This document shows, in pieces, positions 49,957 to 62,023 of a stretch of 64,000 nt of DNA (the first letter of the stretch is position 1; every line of letters begins with the position of its first letter). This DNA comes from an uncultured Candidatus Saccharibacteria bacterium. GTDB lineage: Bacteria > Patescibacteriota > Minisyncoccia > Phycocordibacterales > PALSA-1337. The notes beneath the pieces are model-generated. The model was not told where the DNA came from. It saw only the letters and a list, made by a program, of their open reading frames with translations, and did no database searches. The translations under genes were made by a program, and so were the position numbers. The stretch is from positions 105,521 to 169,520 of the forward strand of contig CAZBVQ010000001.1 in NCBI GenBank assembly GCA_964495685.1. Direction: 5' to 3'.

Positions 49957-50427
49957 ATGCGAAGAAAACTCAACATCAAAAGGGAATTGAAGCCAGATAT
50001 TGGCTATCAATCACTCAAGCTCGGTAAGTTCACCAATTACATTATGGAGTCTGGCAAGAAGACGGTTGCTCGCGGTATTGTTGCTGACTGCATGAATACA
50101 ATCAAAGAGAAGATGAAGACTGAGACGCCTCTCGAAGTATTTGAGGCCGCTCTCAAAAACACCATGCCACTCATGGAAGTTCGTTCTCGCCGTGTCGGTG
50201 GTGCCAACTATCAGGTTCCTCGTGAAGTCCGCCCAGAACGTCGCTCAGCCCTCTCAATGAAATGGATTGTCGAGGCCGCTCGTGCCAAGAAGGGCAAGCC
50301 GATTGCTGAGAAGCTTGCTGACGAGATCATTGCCGCCTCCAAGAATGAGGGCGAGGCTATCAAGAAGCGCGAAAACATGCACAAGATGGCAGAGGCCAAC
50401 AAGGCGTTTGCTCACTTTGCGTGGTAA
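49957..50427 (+). CDS. rpsG: 30S ribosomal protein S7
   Basis: SRRVGGANYQVP, HKMAEANKAFAH. Confidence 0.98.
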   Translation: MRRKLNIKRELKPDIGYQSLKLGKFTNYIMESGKKTVARGIVADCMNTIKEKMKTETPLEVFEAALKNTMPLMEVRSRRVGGANYQVPREVRPERRSALSMKWIVEAARAKKGKPIAEKLADEIIAASKNEGEAIKKRENMHKMAEANKAFAHFAW

Positions 50428-50516
50428 CTTTCGTCTGGTTTTTATCTAAAATACAGAAGCGCGGTCATTTTGCCGCGCTTTTGCTATACTATATCCATAT
50501 CAACTAACTCATTTAC

Positions 50517-51209
50517 ATGAAGTCACGTAACTACAAGATCTTTCTTCTCATTGTATTTGTTCTTGTGTGGGTCTGGGCGGCCTGGGACCCGACATATCGC
50601 CATGATTGGTTGCTCGAAAACTATCTTGTATTTATATTCGTGCCTATTTTGCTTATCACGGGACGATGGTTCAAACTCTCAAATATTTCCTACACACTGA
50701 TTACGGTATACATGATTCTCCATGTCATTGGATCTCACTATACGTATTCAGAAGTTCCATTCGGGTACACGTTGCAAGAATGGTTGGGCGCGAGCCGCAA
50801 CATGTATGATCGCCTCGTGCACTTCTCCTACGGATTCCTCTTGGCATATCCCGTGAGAGAAGTGTTCATGCGTCTCGCACATGCCAAAGGCATCTGGGGA
50901 TACTTTTTTCCTGTCGATATTACCTTCGCGCTCTCGGCTGTCTACGAAATTATCGAGTGGCGCACAGCAGCGAATGTCGATCTCTCGGCTGGCTTGGCAT
51001 TCCTGGGATCTCAGGGTGACATTTGGGACGCCCAAAAAGATATGCTCATGGCGGGTATCGGCGCTATCCTAGCCATGTTGATCGTATTCATCGTCAACGC
51101 TTCATTCCAGAAAGGATTCTGGCGTGATCTCTGGGAATCGCTCAAACCGCGCAGAGCTGATGGTCCGCTCGGAGAGAAGAAGTTAGCAGAATATTTGAAG
51201 GGGAGGTAA
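50517..51209 (+). CDS. DUF2238 (YjdF-like) membrane protein
   Basis: WLLEN, HYTYSEVPFG, RNMYDRLVHF, YEIIEW, GSQGDIWDAQKDM. Confidence 0.9.
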   Translation: MKSRNYKIFLLIVFVLVWVWAAWDPTYRHDWLLENYLVFIFVPILLITGRWFKLSNISYTLITVYMILHVIGSHYTYSEVPFGYTLQEWLGASRNMYDRLVHFSYGFLLAYPVREVFMRLAHAKGIWGYFFPVDITFALSAVYEIIEWRTAANVDLSAGLAFLGSQGDIWDAQKDMLMAGIGAILAMLIVFIVNASFQKGFWRDLWESLKPRRADGPLGEKKLAEYLKGR

Positions 51210-51231
51210 AAGTGTCCACATACGTAGGATT

Positions 51232-51699
51232 TTGTTGGTGCGTTGCAAGAAAGTGATGTTGGATAGTGTGTTGGCGGAGTTGTATCAAGTTGATACGAAA
51301 ACATTAAATAGGTCAGTACAGCGTAACCTGAAGCGTTTTCCGGCCGACTTCATGTTTCAACTCAATGGGTCTGAGATAAAAAACTTGAAGTACCAAATTG
51401 GTACTTCAAGTTGGGGTGGTCGTCGCAAACAGCCCTATGTATTCACGGAGCTCGGTGTCGCCATGCTTTCTTCTGTTCTCCATAGTGATCGTGCTGTACA
51501 GATGAACATATTCATCATGCGCGCATTCGTGCAGTTGCGAGAATTGATCGCTACCAACAAAGAAGTGGCGACTCGGATGGACGCACTCGAGCGGAGGCAA
51601 GATAAGCAGAGTGAGCATCTCGTAGCGATTTCTACTGCCTTGAAAAAGTTGGCTGATGAACCGGTCAGACCGAAGGGGAGGATGGGGTTTGAGAGGTAA
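51232..51699 (+). CDS. ORF6N domain DNA-binding protein (N-terminus possibly clipped)
   Basis: KVMLD..LAELY.V.TK.LNRSVQRN..RFPADFMFQL, PYVFTE.GVAMLSSVL. Annotated start is TTG. Confidence 0.85.
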   Translation: MLVRCKKVMLDSVLAELYQVDTKTLNRSVQRNLKRFPADFMFQLNGSEIKNLKYQIGTSSWGGRRKQPYVFTELGVAMLSSVLHSDRAVQMNIFIMRAFVQLRELIATNKEVATRMDALERRQDKQSEHLVAISTALKKLADEPVRPKGRMGFER

Positions 51700-51735
51700 T
51701 AATATGTGTTAAACTGTCATTGGAACAGGAATCTT

Positions 51736-51924
51736 ATGAGTGAAAAAAAGCAATCTCACGAAACCAGTGTACCGTTGTCAGGTTCAAGACTCAGTCCTGG
51801 AGAGTACACAGAATTACTTCAGGAGCTTATCGATGCCCGAGATCGTGTCCTCAGGCAGTTTGAGGACAGGTGGATCTATATCCCTCGAGGGGCAAAGGTT
51901 TACTACGGCCATTTTGGGGTTTGA
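51736..51924 (+). CDS. Small hypothetical protein
   Basis: ATG after agga. 62 aa with no motif. Confidence 0.35.
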   Translation: MSEKKQSHETSVPLSGSRLSPGEYTELLQELIDARDRVLRQFEDRWIYIPRGAKVYYGHFGV

Positions 51925-52098
51925 CCCAGTAAGGATGGGCATTGCAGGGCGAGGGCAGTTCCTCGCTTTTTTATTTGATTATTTAGCCATTTTCCCTTAT
52001 AGTATGCCTTATCAAGAAGCTCTCAAGCTTTTTTAATTATCACTAATTTTTCGGCCACTTTTATCAATTAACGGCCTATAGTATTAGTCAATCTATTT

Positions 52099-54243
<2,145 letters not shown>

Positions 54244-54251
54244 CGTACTTG

Positions 54252-54286
54252 CCCTGCGTAGCTCGAGCTTGTGAGAGCGAAGCGGG
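54252..54286. repeat. Short palindromic element (GTAGC...GCGAAG type)
   Basis: ccctgcgtagctc...gagcgaagcggg has the same architecture as the element inside recJ. Confidence 0.5.
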
Positions 54287-54658
54287 GAGAAAAGGAAGTA
54301 AAACACATAAAGGTACCAACAGGAAGTCCCAAGTCGCAAGATTCGGGACTTCTTTGTCGCTGAATTATGCAGGGATACCTGTTGATAACTCACCCTTGTC
54401 GAAAAGTGAGGGTAAGCTATAATATTCTCACTACCCAAGGACGTGTCTCGGAGGAGACAGGTCTTTTCTTTTTGTCTCGTTCTTATCAGGTTCGTTAATA
54501 ACCACCATATGCAATTGCATAGATCAATGTTCGGGCAAGATGTTAAGTATCTACTCGCACTCTCATTGCTGGCATGGATGACATTCTCGTTACCGTCTGT
54601 CCAAGCGGCTCTGATCGGATAGTTCTTTGTTCAATTACTAATTTATCATTCTATCTTC

Positions 54659-56533
54659 ATGATACACATGAGAAGACTGATTGTTCCGATATCGTTTGCA
54701 GTCATGGGACTCGCAGTTGCGGCCATGCTTCCTGCGCTCGTATCGGCACAAACTACTGATCGGGAAGCTCGTTCATGTTACACGTTCTCATATAACATGG
54801 GTGTCGGAAGCAGTCGATCAGAAGACGTTACTCGTCTAAGTGCCGCCCTTAATACAGAAGGCCTTATGACGGGCAAAACAGATACATTCGATGAGGAGAT
54901 AGCTGCGGCCGTGGTCAAGTTCCAGGCAAAATACGGTATTCCAACCACCGGATATGTCGGACCATTGACGCGCGCTAAGCTTAATTCTCTGTATGGCTGT
55001 GGATCGCAGGGAAGTACGAGCTCGGTTGCGGCGGCATGTCCTCCGGGATATGTTTGTACGCCTGCCAACCAGGTCAAATATACCTGCCCGCCAGGATACG
55101 TCTGTAATCCTGTCGGATCTAGCAACATTACATCGAATAATACATCCACCGATCATATTGGTGCCGTAAGTAGTACACAGACCGCGACGACATGTCCGGC
55201 GGGGTTCTTGTGCCAACCAAGTGGTTCTGGTCGTCCGGCCACCGAGAAGGGGAGAGCCGCGTATAATCTGTTCGTGACGTTGCTCCATCGTACTCCGGAC
55301 GTTAATATTCCTGATTGGAATTATTTCGAGAATTACTCGGGTTCCATAGATCAGATGAAACAGGAATTTATGTCGGGTATTGAGTATACGACCAAACAAA
55401 AAATATACGCCATCTTCCAGAGCTGTGGCAAATCAGCTCCAGATGATCTCCAGCTCACCAAGTGGTATTACGTATCCGAATATAATGGATACAATACCGA
55501 AGTTGTCCGTCAGGCTCTCGGGTGTTCATCGGTTACTATGTCGACACCTGTGCAGACAACAGTCTGTCCAGCTGGATTTACCTGTAATCCGACGACATCT
55601 ACACCTATTCAACCATCGTCGAAGCCGTTTATTGTGATCACCTCACCTACTGGTGGTGAATCATATCAGGTGGGCGGGCAGATAGCTGTCCGTTGGTATA
55701 GCGGGAGTATTTCATCGACGCAGTCGCTCGACGTGGTGCGCCTGCGCAGTGTTACTACAGGAGTAGAACACTACCTCGCGAATGGGGTTCTCAATGATGG
55801 TACTGAATCATTGACTTTGCCACCACTCGAAAGTGGGAAGTATACTCTTGAGATCAAGTCATCAGTACCAGGTGTGGCCGACGCCGTCATCGCGAGGAGC
55901 GCCCCATTTTATGTGGGATACTCATCCGAGCCAACGAAAGTTACTGGAATGGTCAAATGTGTCTTTAAAGGTTCATCCAAAGTCGAAGAGTGTTACTCGA
56001 CTGATGGCCGTTACCGCTTCAGTGGAGTAGAAACTGCAGGTGGCCAAGTCGGCGGTACAAAAGGTGCACAAATTACCTGGAAGAGTACCTGTGGCGGGTA
56101 TGCGTACACCACAAATGATGGTGGCAATGCGTACGCGAACTTCACTTGTTCCTCGGTAACACCTATTGCAGGGTCCCCGGTGGCAGCATTGACTATCGGG
56201 GGTGCACATAGTTACACCTACAGCGTCGGTCAAACAAATCACTATGAGTGGTCATCGGCTAATGCTGATTCATTCTCCTCATATTCGAAGGCAAATAATC
56301 CGACGCAATGTGGAGAGGGTCCGTGGGTTGCCAACACTGATCACGGCACTTCTGACACATATATAGGTCGTCAATGGGCAGGATGTGTCTGGACTGTGAC
56401 ATATGTGGTCAAAAATAGCAGTACGGGCAAGACGGCCTCGGATACTGTGGTCGTCACGATCAATCCGGTCGAGGCGTCAGTCACGTCTGATGCTGTCCAG
56501 CCGCAAACGAGTACTTCCAATCTGCCTTATTAG
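54659..56533 (+). CDS. Secreted surface protein: peptidoglycan-binding domain, Cys-rich CPxGxxC repeats and Ig-like domains
   Basis: AVVKFQAKYGIPTTGYVGPLTRAKLN. CPPGYVC x2, CPAGFLC, CPAGFTC. ITSPTGGESY. Confidence 0.85.
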   Translation: MIHMRRLIVPISFAVMGLAVAAMLPALVSAQTTDREARSCYTFSYNMGVGSSRSEDVTRLSAALNTEGLMTGKTDTFDEEIAAAVVKFQAKYGIPTTGYVGPLTRAKLNSLYGCGSQGSTSSVAAACPPGYVCTPANQVKYTCPPGYVCNPVGSSNITSNNTSTDHIGAVSSTQTATTCPAGFLCQPSGSGRPATEKGRAAYNLFVTLLHRTPDVNIPDWNYFENYSGSIDQMKQEFMSGIEYTTKQKIYAIFQSCGKSAPDDLQLTKWYYVSEYNGYNTEVVRQALGCSSVTMSTPVQTTVCPAGFTCNPTTSTPIQPSSKPFIVITSPTGGESYQVGGQIAVRWYSGSISSTQSLDVVRLRSVTTGVEHYLANGVLNDGTESLTLPPLESGKYTLEIKSSVPGVADAVIARSAPFYVGYSSEPTKVTGMVKCVFKGSSKVEECYSTDGRYRFSGVETAGGQVGGTKGAQITWKSTCGGYAYTTNDGGNAYANFTCSSVTPIAGSPVAALTIGGAHSYTYSVGQTNHYEWSSANADSFSSYSKANNPTQCGEGPWVANTDHGTSDTYIGRQWAGCVWTVTYVVKNSSTGKTASDTVVVTINPVEASVTSDAVQPQTSTSNLPY

Positions 56534-56620
56534 AATCGCTCTGCGTCGACAGCGAATATAACCTCTAATCAAAACCCCCGCATCATTGCGGGGGTTTTTC
56601 ATACGCGGTACACTGGTGCC

Positions 56621-57217
56621 ATGAATACACCACAAGCTTTCATCTTCATTGGACGGTCTGGTTGCGGCAAGGGCACACAAGCGAAGCTACTGATGGATCT
56701 CTTGCAGAAGAAGATGCCTGATATCGAATCACTCTATATTCAGACGGGGCAGGAATTCCGTGAGCTGATCAAGAAGACTACAGCGACGGCCGAGAAAGCC
56801 AAGGCGATATATGATGTCGGTGGATTGGAACCGGAGTTCCTCACCGTCAATTTGTGGACGAGTGTACTCATGAATACATACAAGGGTAACCAGCATCTGG
56901 TACTCGATGGTACGCCTCGCAAGCTCCATGAAGCAGGCATTCTCCATTCATGCTTTGGTTTTTATGGTTTCGGCAAGCCGTGGGTCATCGATGTAGAGAT
57001 TAGTGAGGAGGAATCATTCAAGCGACTGATGGCCCGCAAACGTCTCGATGATACTGAAGAAGAAATCCGTAAGCGCATGGCATGGTATGAGACCGATGTC
57101 ATCCCTACACTCAGCTATTATGATGGCAATCCGGCCTATACATTCCTGAAAATATTCGGTGAGCGCAGCATTGACGAGGTTCACGCTGATATTGTGAAAA
57201 AGCTTGGGTTGGTGTAG
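56621..57217 (+). CDS. adk: Adenylate/nucleoside monophosphate kinase
   Basis: GRSGCGKGTQ, LDGTPR, R.DDTEE. Lies upstream of map. Confidence 0.85.
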   Translation: MNTPQAFIFIGRSGCGKGTQAKLLMDLLQKKMPDIESLYIQTGQEFRELIKKTTATAEKAKAIYDVGGLEPEFLTVNLWTSVLMNTYKGNQHLVLDGTPRKLHEAGILHSCFGFYGFGKPWVIDVEISEEESFKRLMARKRLDDTEEEIRKRMAWYETDVIPTLSYYDGNPAYTFLKIFGERSIDEVHADIVKKLGLV

Positions 57218-57228
57218 CGTAGAGGACA

Positions 57229-57996
57229 ATGATCAAACTTAAGACCAAAGAAGATATCGCCATCCTCCGCGAAGGGGGTAAGAGGCATGCGCGGATTCTC
57301 AAAGAATTGGCTGCTATGGTACGGGCTGGTCTCCCGATCGCTGAGCTCGATGCGCGTGCATTGCAACTTGTCCAGGAAGGTGGTGACGTTCCTGCCTTCC
57401 TCAACTATCAACCGTATGGTGCATCACGACCGTATCCAGCGACATTGTGCGTCTCAATCAACGACGAGATCGTTCATGGCATTCCGACGGAAGGCGATAA
57501 GGTCCTCAAAGAAGGCGATATTGTCAGTCTAGATTTGGGACTCATTCATCGGCAGCTGATTACAGATTCCGCTATCACCGTGCCTGTCGGCAAAGTGTCT
57601 GCGGAGAAGGCCAAGCTCCTCGAAATCACCCGAGAAGCGATGATGGCTGGTATCAAAGCGGCCAAGGGTGGTGCGCGTGTGGGAGATATCAGTGCCGCTA
57701 TTCAGCGTATAGGCGTCGCCCATGGATATGGTATTGTCGAAGAGTTGGCCGGCCACGGCGTTGGCTATCATGTCCACGAAGATCCCTACATACCCAATTT
57801 CGGTCATCCGGGCAAAGGTGAGATTCTTAGGCCGGGCATGGTGATCGCCATTGAGCCGATGTTCAATCTGGGTACCAAGAAAATCAAACTAGACACAGAC
57901 GGATACACCTATCGTACGACAGATGGTAAGGCGAGTGCGCACTTCGAACACACGGTAGTTATCACAAAAAGTGGGGCAGAAATATTGACTGCGTAA
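57229..57996 (+). CDS. map: Methionine aminopeptidase type I
   Basis: IVHGIP, DSAIT, GHGVG..VHEDP, AIEPM, AHFEHT. Confidence 0.97.
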   Translation: MIKLKTKEDIAILREGGKRHARILKELAAMVRAGLPIAELDARALQLVQEGGDVPAFLNYQPYGASRPYPATLCVSINDEIVHGIPTEGDKVLKEGDIVSLDLGLIHRQLITDSAITVPVGKVSAEKAKLLEITREAMMAGIKAAKGGARVGDISAAIQRIGVAHGYGIVEELAGHGVGYHVHEDPYIPNFGHPGKGEILRPGMVIAIEPMFNLGTKKIKLDTDGYTYRTTDGKASAHFEHTVVITKSGAEILTA

Positions 57997-58078
57997 CAAG
58001 GTCGGTGACTCAGGCGGTACGCAGGATGGGGCATACTATCACTTGCGTAGCGTGTTCCTCGGGTATAGGATGTAGTGC

Positions 58079-58684
58079 ATGAAACATCCTCAATTTGAAC
58101 GTACGCTTGTGATTATCAAACCTGATGGTATCCAGCGAGGACTCATCGCCGAAGTCATCAAACGATATGAACAGATCGGGCTCAAGCTCGTGGGTATCAA
58201 GATGATGGTACCTACGCGCGAGCTCATCGAACAACACTACACACTCGATCCGGAGTGGCGTGTGAAGACGGGACTGAAGACGATCAATGCCTACAAAGAG
58301 CGGGGACTGAAACATCCGATTTCTGACGATCCTGTCAAAGTCACTGCTGTCATTCTCGAAAAACTGGTTGCCTATATGACCAAGGGGCCAATCATCGCCA
58401 TGGTGTGGCAAGGTGCACACGCAGTACAGATTGTGCGCAAACTGACCGGAGGCACGGAACCGTTGACGTCAGATGTAGGTACTATTCGTGGTGATTTCGT
58501 TCTTGATTCGTACGGTATGAGTGACCATGATGGACGTGCGGTCAGGAATATTGTCCACGCATCTGGCTCTGACAAAGAGGCGCAAGATGAAATCGCACAC
58601 TGGTTCACCAAAAATGAATTGTTCGACTACACACTTATCAGCGATGCGATCCTGTACGGTGCGGAACTCAAGGGAATATTGTAG
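58079..58684 (+). CDS. ndk: Nucleoside diphosphate kinase
   Basis: ERTLVIIKPDG, GTIRGDF, NIVHAS. Confidence 0.96.
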   Translation: MKHPQFERTLVIIKPDGIQRGLIAEVIKRYEQIGLKLVGIKMMVPTRELIEQHYTLDPEWRVKTGLKTINAYKERGLKHPISDDPVKVTAVILEKLVAYMTKGPIIAMVWQGAHAVQIVRKLTGGTEPLTSDVGTIRGDFVLDSYGMSDHDGRAVRNIVHASGSDKEAQDEIAHWFTKNELFDYTLISDAILYGAELKGIL

Positions 58685-58772
58685 TCGTTTGTCAACGTTG
58701 ATCGGGTGTCGAAAAAATGTCGTAACTACTTATCCACCCTTGCGGTCTGGCAGAGGAGGACTACAATGAGAT

Positions 58773-58908
58773 TAGGTTACGAGGTATTAACCCTATACCA
58801 ATTTATTTGGGATCCCGACGAACTTCGGTTCACATTAATTCGCACCCTGGTGTTGAATTTGAGGGAACCCACCTAACCTATTTAGGTTAGTAAATACTTC
58901 GTGACCTA
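58773..58908 (+). ncRNA. ssrS: Probable 6S RNA
   Basis: 16-bp closing stem (taggttacgaggtatt / aatacttcgtgaccta), central bubble with small hairpin, inner gggatccc/gggaaccc stem. Own promoter (TTGCGG..TACAAT) and terminator. Confidence 0.65.
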
Positions 58909-58910
58909 CC

Positions 58911-58940
58911 AAAGATCATCCCTTCCTCGGGGTGATTTTT
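58911..58940 (+). terminator. Intrinsic terminator after the ncRNA
   Basis: gatcatccc-ttcctc-ggggtgatt followed by a T run. Confidence 0.65.
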
Positions 58941-58974
58941 GATTTCCGGGAAAAAACGGTATACTGAGCCAACA

Positions 58975-59343
58975 ATGATCTCATATATTTTAGCGCTCAT
59001 TATCCTCACCCTAGTCCTTATTGGCAATTCACTTGGTCCGACAGCTACCCATATCAGTATCAAGTATTTCGACAGCATCCTACATCTTTTGGCGGGTATG
59101 GGATTGGGTTTTTTCTTTCTCGGATTGACGGTGAGGGGTGTGTTCAGGGATTGGCATACTCTGGGACGTGTCACGTTGATTGTTGTTGCCTGCGGTGTGA
59201 TGTGGGAGTTGTTCGAAATACATTTCGACCTGTCTGGGTATGCGTTGTGGACGACGATGTATTATCTCGATACGGTCAAGGATTTACTCCTTGATACCGT
59301 CGGAGCCGCGGTCGTGGCATATATAGTTGTCCACAAAGAATAA
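58975..59343 (+). CDS. Membrane hypothetical protein
   Basis: DSILHLLAG, WELFE, DTVKDL..D..G. About 4 TM segments. Confidence 0.75.
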   Translation: MISYILALIILTLVLIGNSLGPTATHISIKYFDSILHLLAGMGLGFFFLGLTVRGVFRDWHTLGRVTLIVVACGVMWELFEIHFDLSGYALWTTMYYLDTVKDLLLDTVGAAVVAYIVVHKE

Positions 59344-59348
59344 TACCC

Positions 59349-60734
59349 ATGTCTTCACGTCCATATATCACATTCTGGAGTGGGGTAGGGACAGTCACTG
59401 GTGCCAATTTTGTTATGGATACGGGTCGTTCCCGGATCGCCATCGATTGTGGCATGGTACAGGGTGAGAAGTTCGCTACCGAGGAAAATGCACAACCATT
59501 TGCGTACGACCTATCGTCACTAAGTGCACTCATTATTACTCATGCTCACCTCGATCACGTTGGCCGTATACCCAAGTTGGTCAAGGATGGATACCAAGGT
59601 CCTATCTATTCGACACCGGAGACACGGGAGCTTGCAGAGCTGGTCTTGAATGATGCGGTGGGTATTCTGGCCTTGGAGGCAAAACAGAACGGTGGATTAC
59701 CACTCTACGGTATCGAAGATGTCGAGGCAGTATTTCCGCTCTGGAAAACTATTCCATATCATCAAGAGACGAAAATCACCGATGACGTTTCTGTGTTCTT
59801 GAAAGATGCGGGACACATTCTCGGCTCATCCATGATCGAAATGCATGTCAAAGGGGGGAAGTCGGATGGTAGCGATCTCAAGGTATTGTTTACGGGCGAT
59901 GTCGGCAATTCACCGGCACCTCTCCTGCGAGATACTGAGCCAGTTGGTGAAGTCGATTATATGATCACCGAAAGTGTGTATGGTGACCGCAATCACGAGG
60001 CTCGGGAGCTACGGACTCAGCAGTTCGAGAAAGTGATCAATGACACACTGGCACGTGGTGGCACCCTGGTCATTCCTGCCTTTTCGATCGATCGCACACA
60101 GGTACTACTTTATGAGCTGAACAACTTCGTCGAACAGAAGAAGATACCTTCGGTGCCTGTATTCGTCGATTCGCCTATGGCGATCAAGGCGACTGAGGTA
60201 TATCAGGCGAGCACGGAGCTTTTCAATGACAAAGTCAAAGAGCAAATAAATGGCGGAGATAATATTTTCCGTTTCCCGCATCTTCAGTTCACGGTGTCAC
60301 AGAATGAGTCTCGCGATATTGAGCGACTTCGCGGTGCCAAGATCATTCTGGCGGGATCAGGTATGTCAGTCGGTGGTCGTGTGCTCAGTCACGAGGAAGA
60401 TTTCTTGCCAGATCCCAAGAATACGATTCTTCTTGTGGGATATCAGACGACGGGCTCTCTGGGGAGGAAGTTGGCTGATGGTGCCAAGAAAGTCACGATC
60501 CATGGTCGCGAGATCAAGGTAAAGGCACATATTGAGACCTTGTATGGCTATTCGGCGCACAAAGACAGTGATCATATGGTGGAGTTCGTCGCTACGGCTT
60601 CTCGCCGTCTCAAGAAAGTCTTCGTGGTCATGGGTGAGCCCAAATCATCGATGTTCTTGGCACAACGGCTCAACAATGAGTTGGTTGTGAAGGCATTGGT
60701 ACCGGAGAGAGGGGAGAAGTATGAGTTGGAATAA
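59349..60734 (+). CDS. MBL-fold beta-CASP ribonuclease family protein
   Basis: THAHLDHVG, AGHILGS, FTGD, ESVYGDR, GSGM..GGR, YSAHKD. Confidence 0.93.
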   Translation: MSSRPYITFWSGVGTVTGANFVMDTGRSRIAIDCGMVQGEKFATEENAQPFAYDLSSLSALIITHAHLDHVGRIPKLVKDGYQGPIYSTPETRELAELVLNDAVGILALEAKQNGGLPLYGIEDVEAVFPLWKTIPYHQETKITDDVSVFLKDAGHILGSSMIEMHVKGGKSDGSDLKVLFTGDVGNSPAPLLRDTEPVGEVDYMITESVYGDRNHEARELRTQQFEKVINDTLARGGTLVIPAFSIDRTQVLLYELNNFVEQKKIPSVPVFVDSPMAIKATEVYQASTELFNDKVKEQINGGDNIFRFPHLQFTVSQNESRDIERLRGAKIILAGSGMSVGGRVLSHEEDFLPDPKNTILLVGYQTTGSLGRKLADGAKKVTIHGREIKVKAHIETLYGYSAHKDSDHMVEFVATASRRLKKVFVVMGEPKSSMFLAQRLNNELVVKALVPERGEKYELE

Positions 60735-60769
60735 AAAACCCCGAGGTGTCCTCGGGATTTTTTCTGAAC

Positions 60770-61114
60770 CTATTTGATACTCTCTACAACTCGCTTGAAT
60801 GTCTCTGGCTTGAATTCTGCGAGATGAGCGAGGGCTTTGCGATCGAGCTCGACACCTTTCTTCTTGGCAGCGCCAATGAATTTGCTATAGGTAGTACCGA
60901 GCTGGCGGAGGCCGGCGTTGATCTTGACGTTGAAGAGGCGACGCATGTCACCCTTCTTGTCTCGACGATGAGCGAAGGCATAGGCACCGGCATGCTGGAG
61001 TGCATCAATGGCCATACGCTCCTTCTTGGAACGACCAAAGCGCATACCTTTTGCGGCCTTGAGGATGGAGCGGCGGTGCTTGAGGGCATTAATTCCTTTC
61101 TTGACACGTGTCAT
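60770..61114 (-). CDS. rplT: 50S ribosomal protein L20
   Basis: MTRVKKG, HRRDKKGDMRRL, LDRKALA. Confidence 0.98.
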   Translation of the reverse strand: MTRVKKGINALKHRRSILKAAKGMRFGRSKKERMAIDALQHAGAYAFAHRRDKKGDMRRLFNVKINAGLRQLGTTYSKFIGAAKKKGVELDRKALAHLAEFKPETFKRVVESIK

Positions 61115-61135
61115 GGTAGTTGATGTAGGTTACGA

Positions 61136-61327
61136 TTAAAGGTTGACGAGGAAACGACTCTTTGCCTTGTTGTCCATATGGATAGCGTACATACGACGCT
61201 TGGCAACACTGGCACGAGTACGCTCGCGGGCATTGAAGTGGTTCTGCCCAGCTTTGCGCGCCAAAATCTTGCCATTTTTGGTGATCTTGAGGCGCTTGAG
61301 ATATGATTTTGTGGTTTTAATACTCAT
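61136..61327 (-). CDS. rpmI: 50S ribosomal protein L35
   Basis: KTTKSYLKRLKITKNGK. Lies between infC and rplT. Confidence 0.93.
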   Translation of the reverse strand: MSIKTTKSYLKRLKITKNGKILARKAGQNHFNARERTRASVAKRRMYAIHMDNKAKSRFLVNL

Positions 61328-61339
61328 AGATGTTTGATA

Positions 61340-61407
61340 TTAGATATTAGATATCTGGTACTAGAGACGTCCGCACGTTTTTCTAATACCCAATATCCAA
61401 TATCTAA
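61340..61407. repeat. Imperfect inverted repeat built from heptamer units
   Basis: ttagatattagatatctggtactagagacg ... cgtttttctaatacccaatatccaatatctaa. Confidence 0.7.
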
Positions 61408-61418
61408 GCTCTTGCGGT

Positions 61419-61928
61419 TTACTTCTTCTCAATAACAATACTCAGTCCTTTGGGTCCTTTGGTGACATCTTGGGCCACCTTGTATTCGACAGTCACGATC
61501 TTGAGGAGTCGTTCGAGACGTTCCTTCAAGAAGTTGAGGTCCATATACTTGGAGCGACCGATCAAGAAAAGGTCGATTTTGACACGATTGCCTTCAGCGA
61601 GCCACTCAGAGACACGCTTGGCTTTGAGTTCGAGGTCGTGCTCGCCAGTGCCGATCTTGACTTGGACGATTTTGAGTTCGCTGGTCAATGTCTTGGCCTT
61701 AGCGGCCTTCTCCTTCTTCTTCTCATCGTACAGATACTTGCCGTAATCCATGATCTTGGCGACCGGAGGGGTGGCTGTCGGAGAGATCTCGATCAGGTCT
61801 AAGGCACGCTTCTGGGCTTCTGCCAATGCTACAGAGAGCGCGATAACGCCGAGATTCTCTCCTTCGGCGGTTATGACGCGCAACTCAGGCGCTTTGATCT
61901 GATGATTGATTTTAACTCGTATAGCCAC
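61419..61928 (-). CDS. infC: Translation initiation factor IF-3
   Basis: INHQIKAPELRVI, PPVAKIMDYGKY, GEHDL. Confidence 0.97.
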   Translation of the reverse strand: MAIRVKINHQIKAPELRVITAEGENLGVIALSVALAEAQKRALDLIEISPTATPPVAKIMDYGKYLYDEKKKEKAAKAKTLTSELKIVQVKIGTGEHDLELKAKRVSEWLAEGNRVKIDLFLIGRSKYMDLNFLKERLERLLKIVTVEYKVAQDVTKGPKGLSIVIEKK

Positions 61929-62023
61929 GTGATAGGATTACAGGCGTTATTTATAGCATAATAAGGGGATACGCGCAATATCCACATTGTGTCTTGCGAG
62001 CCCCCACGATACAATAGTAGTGC

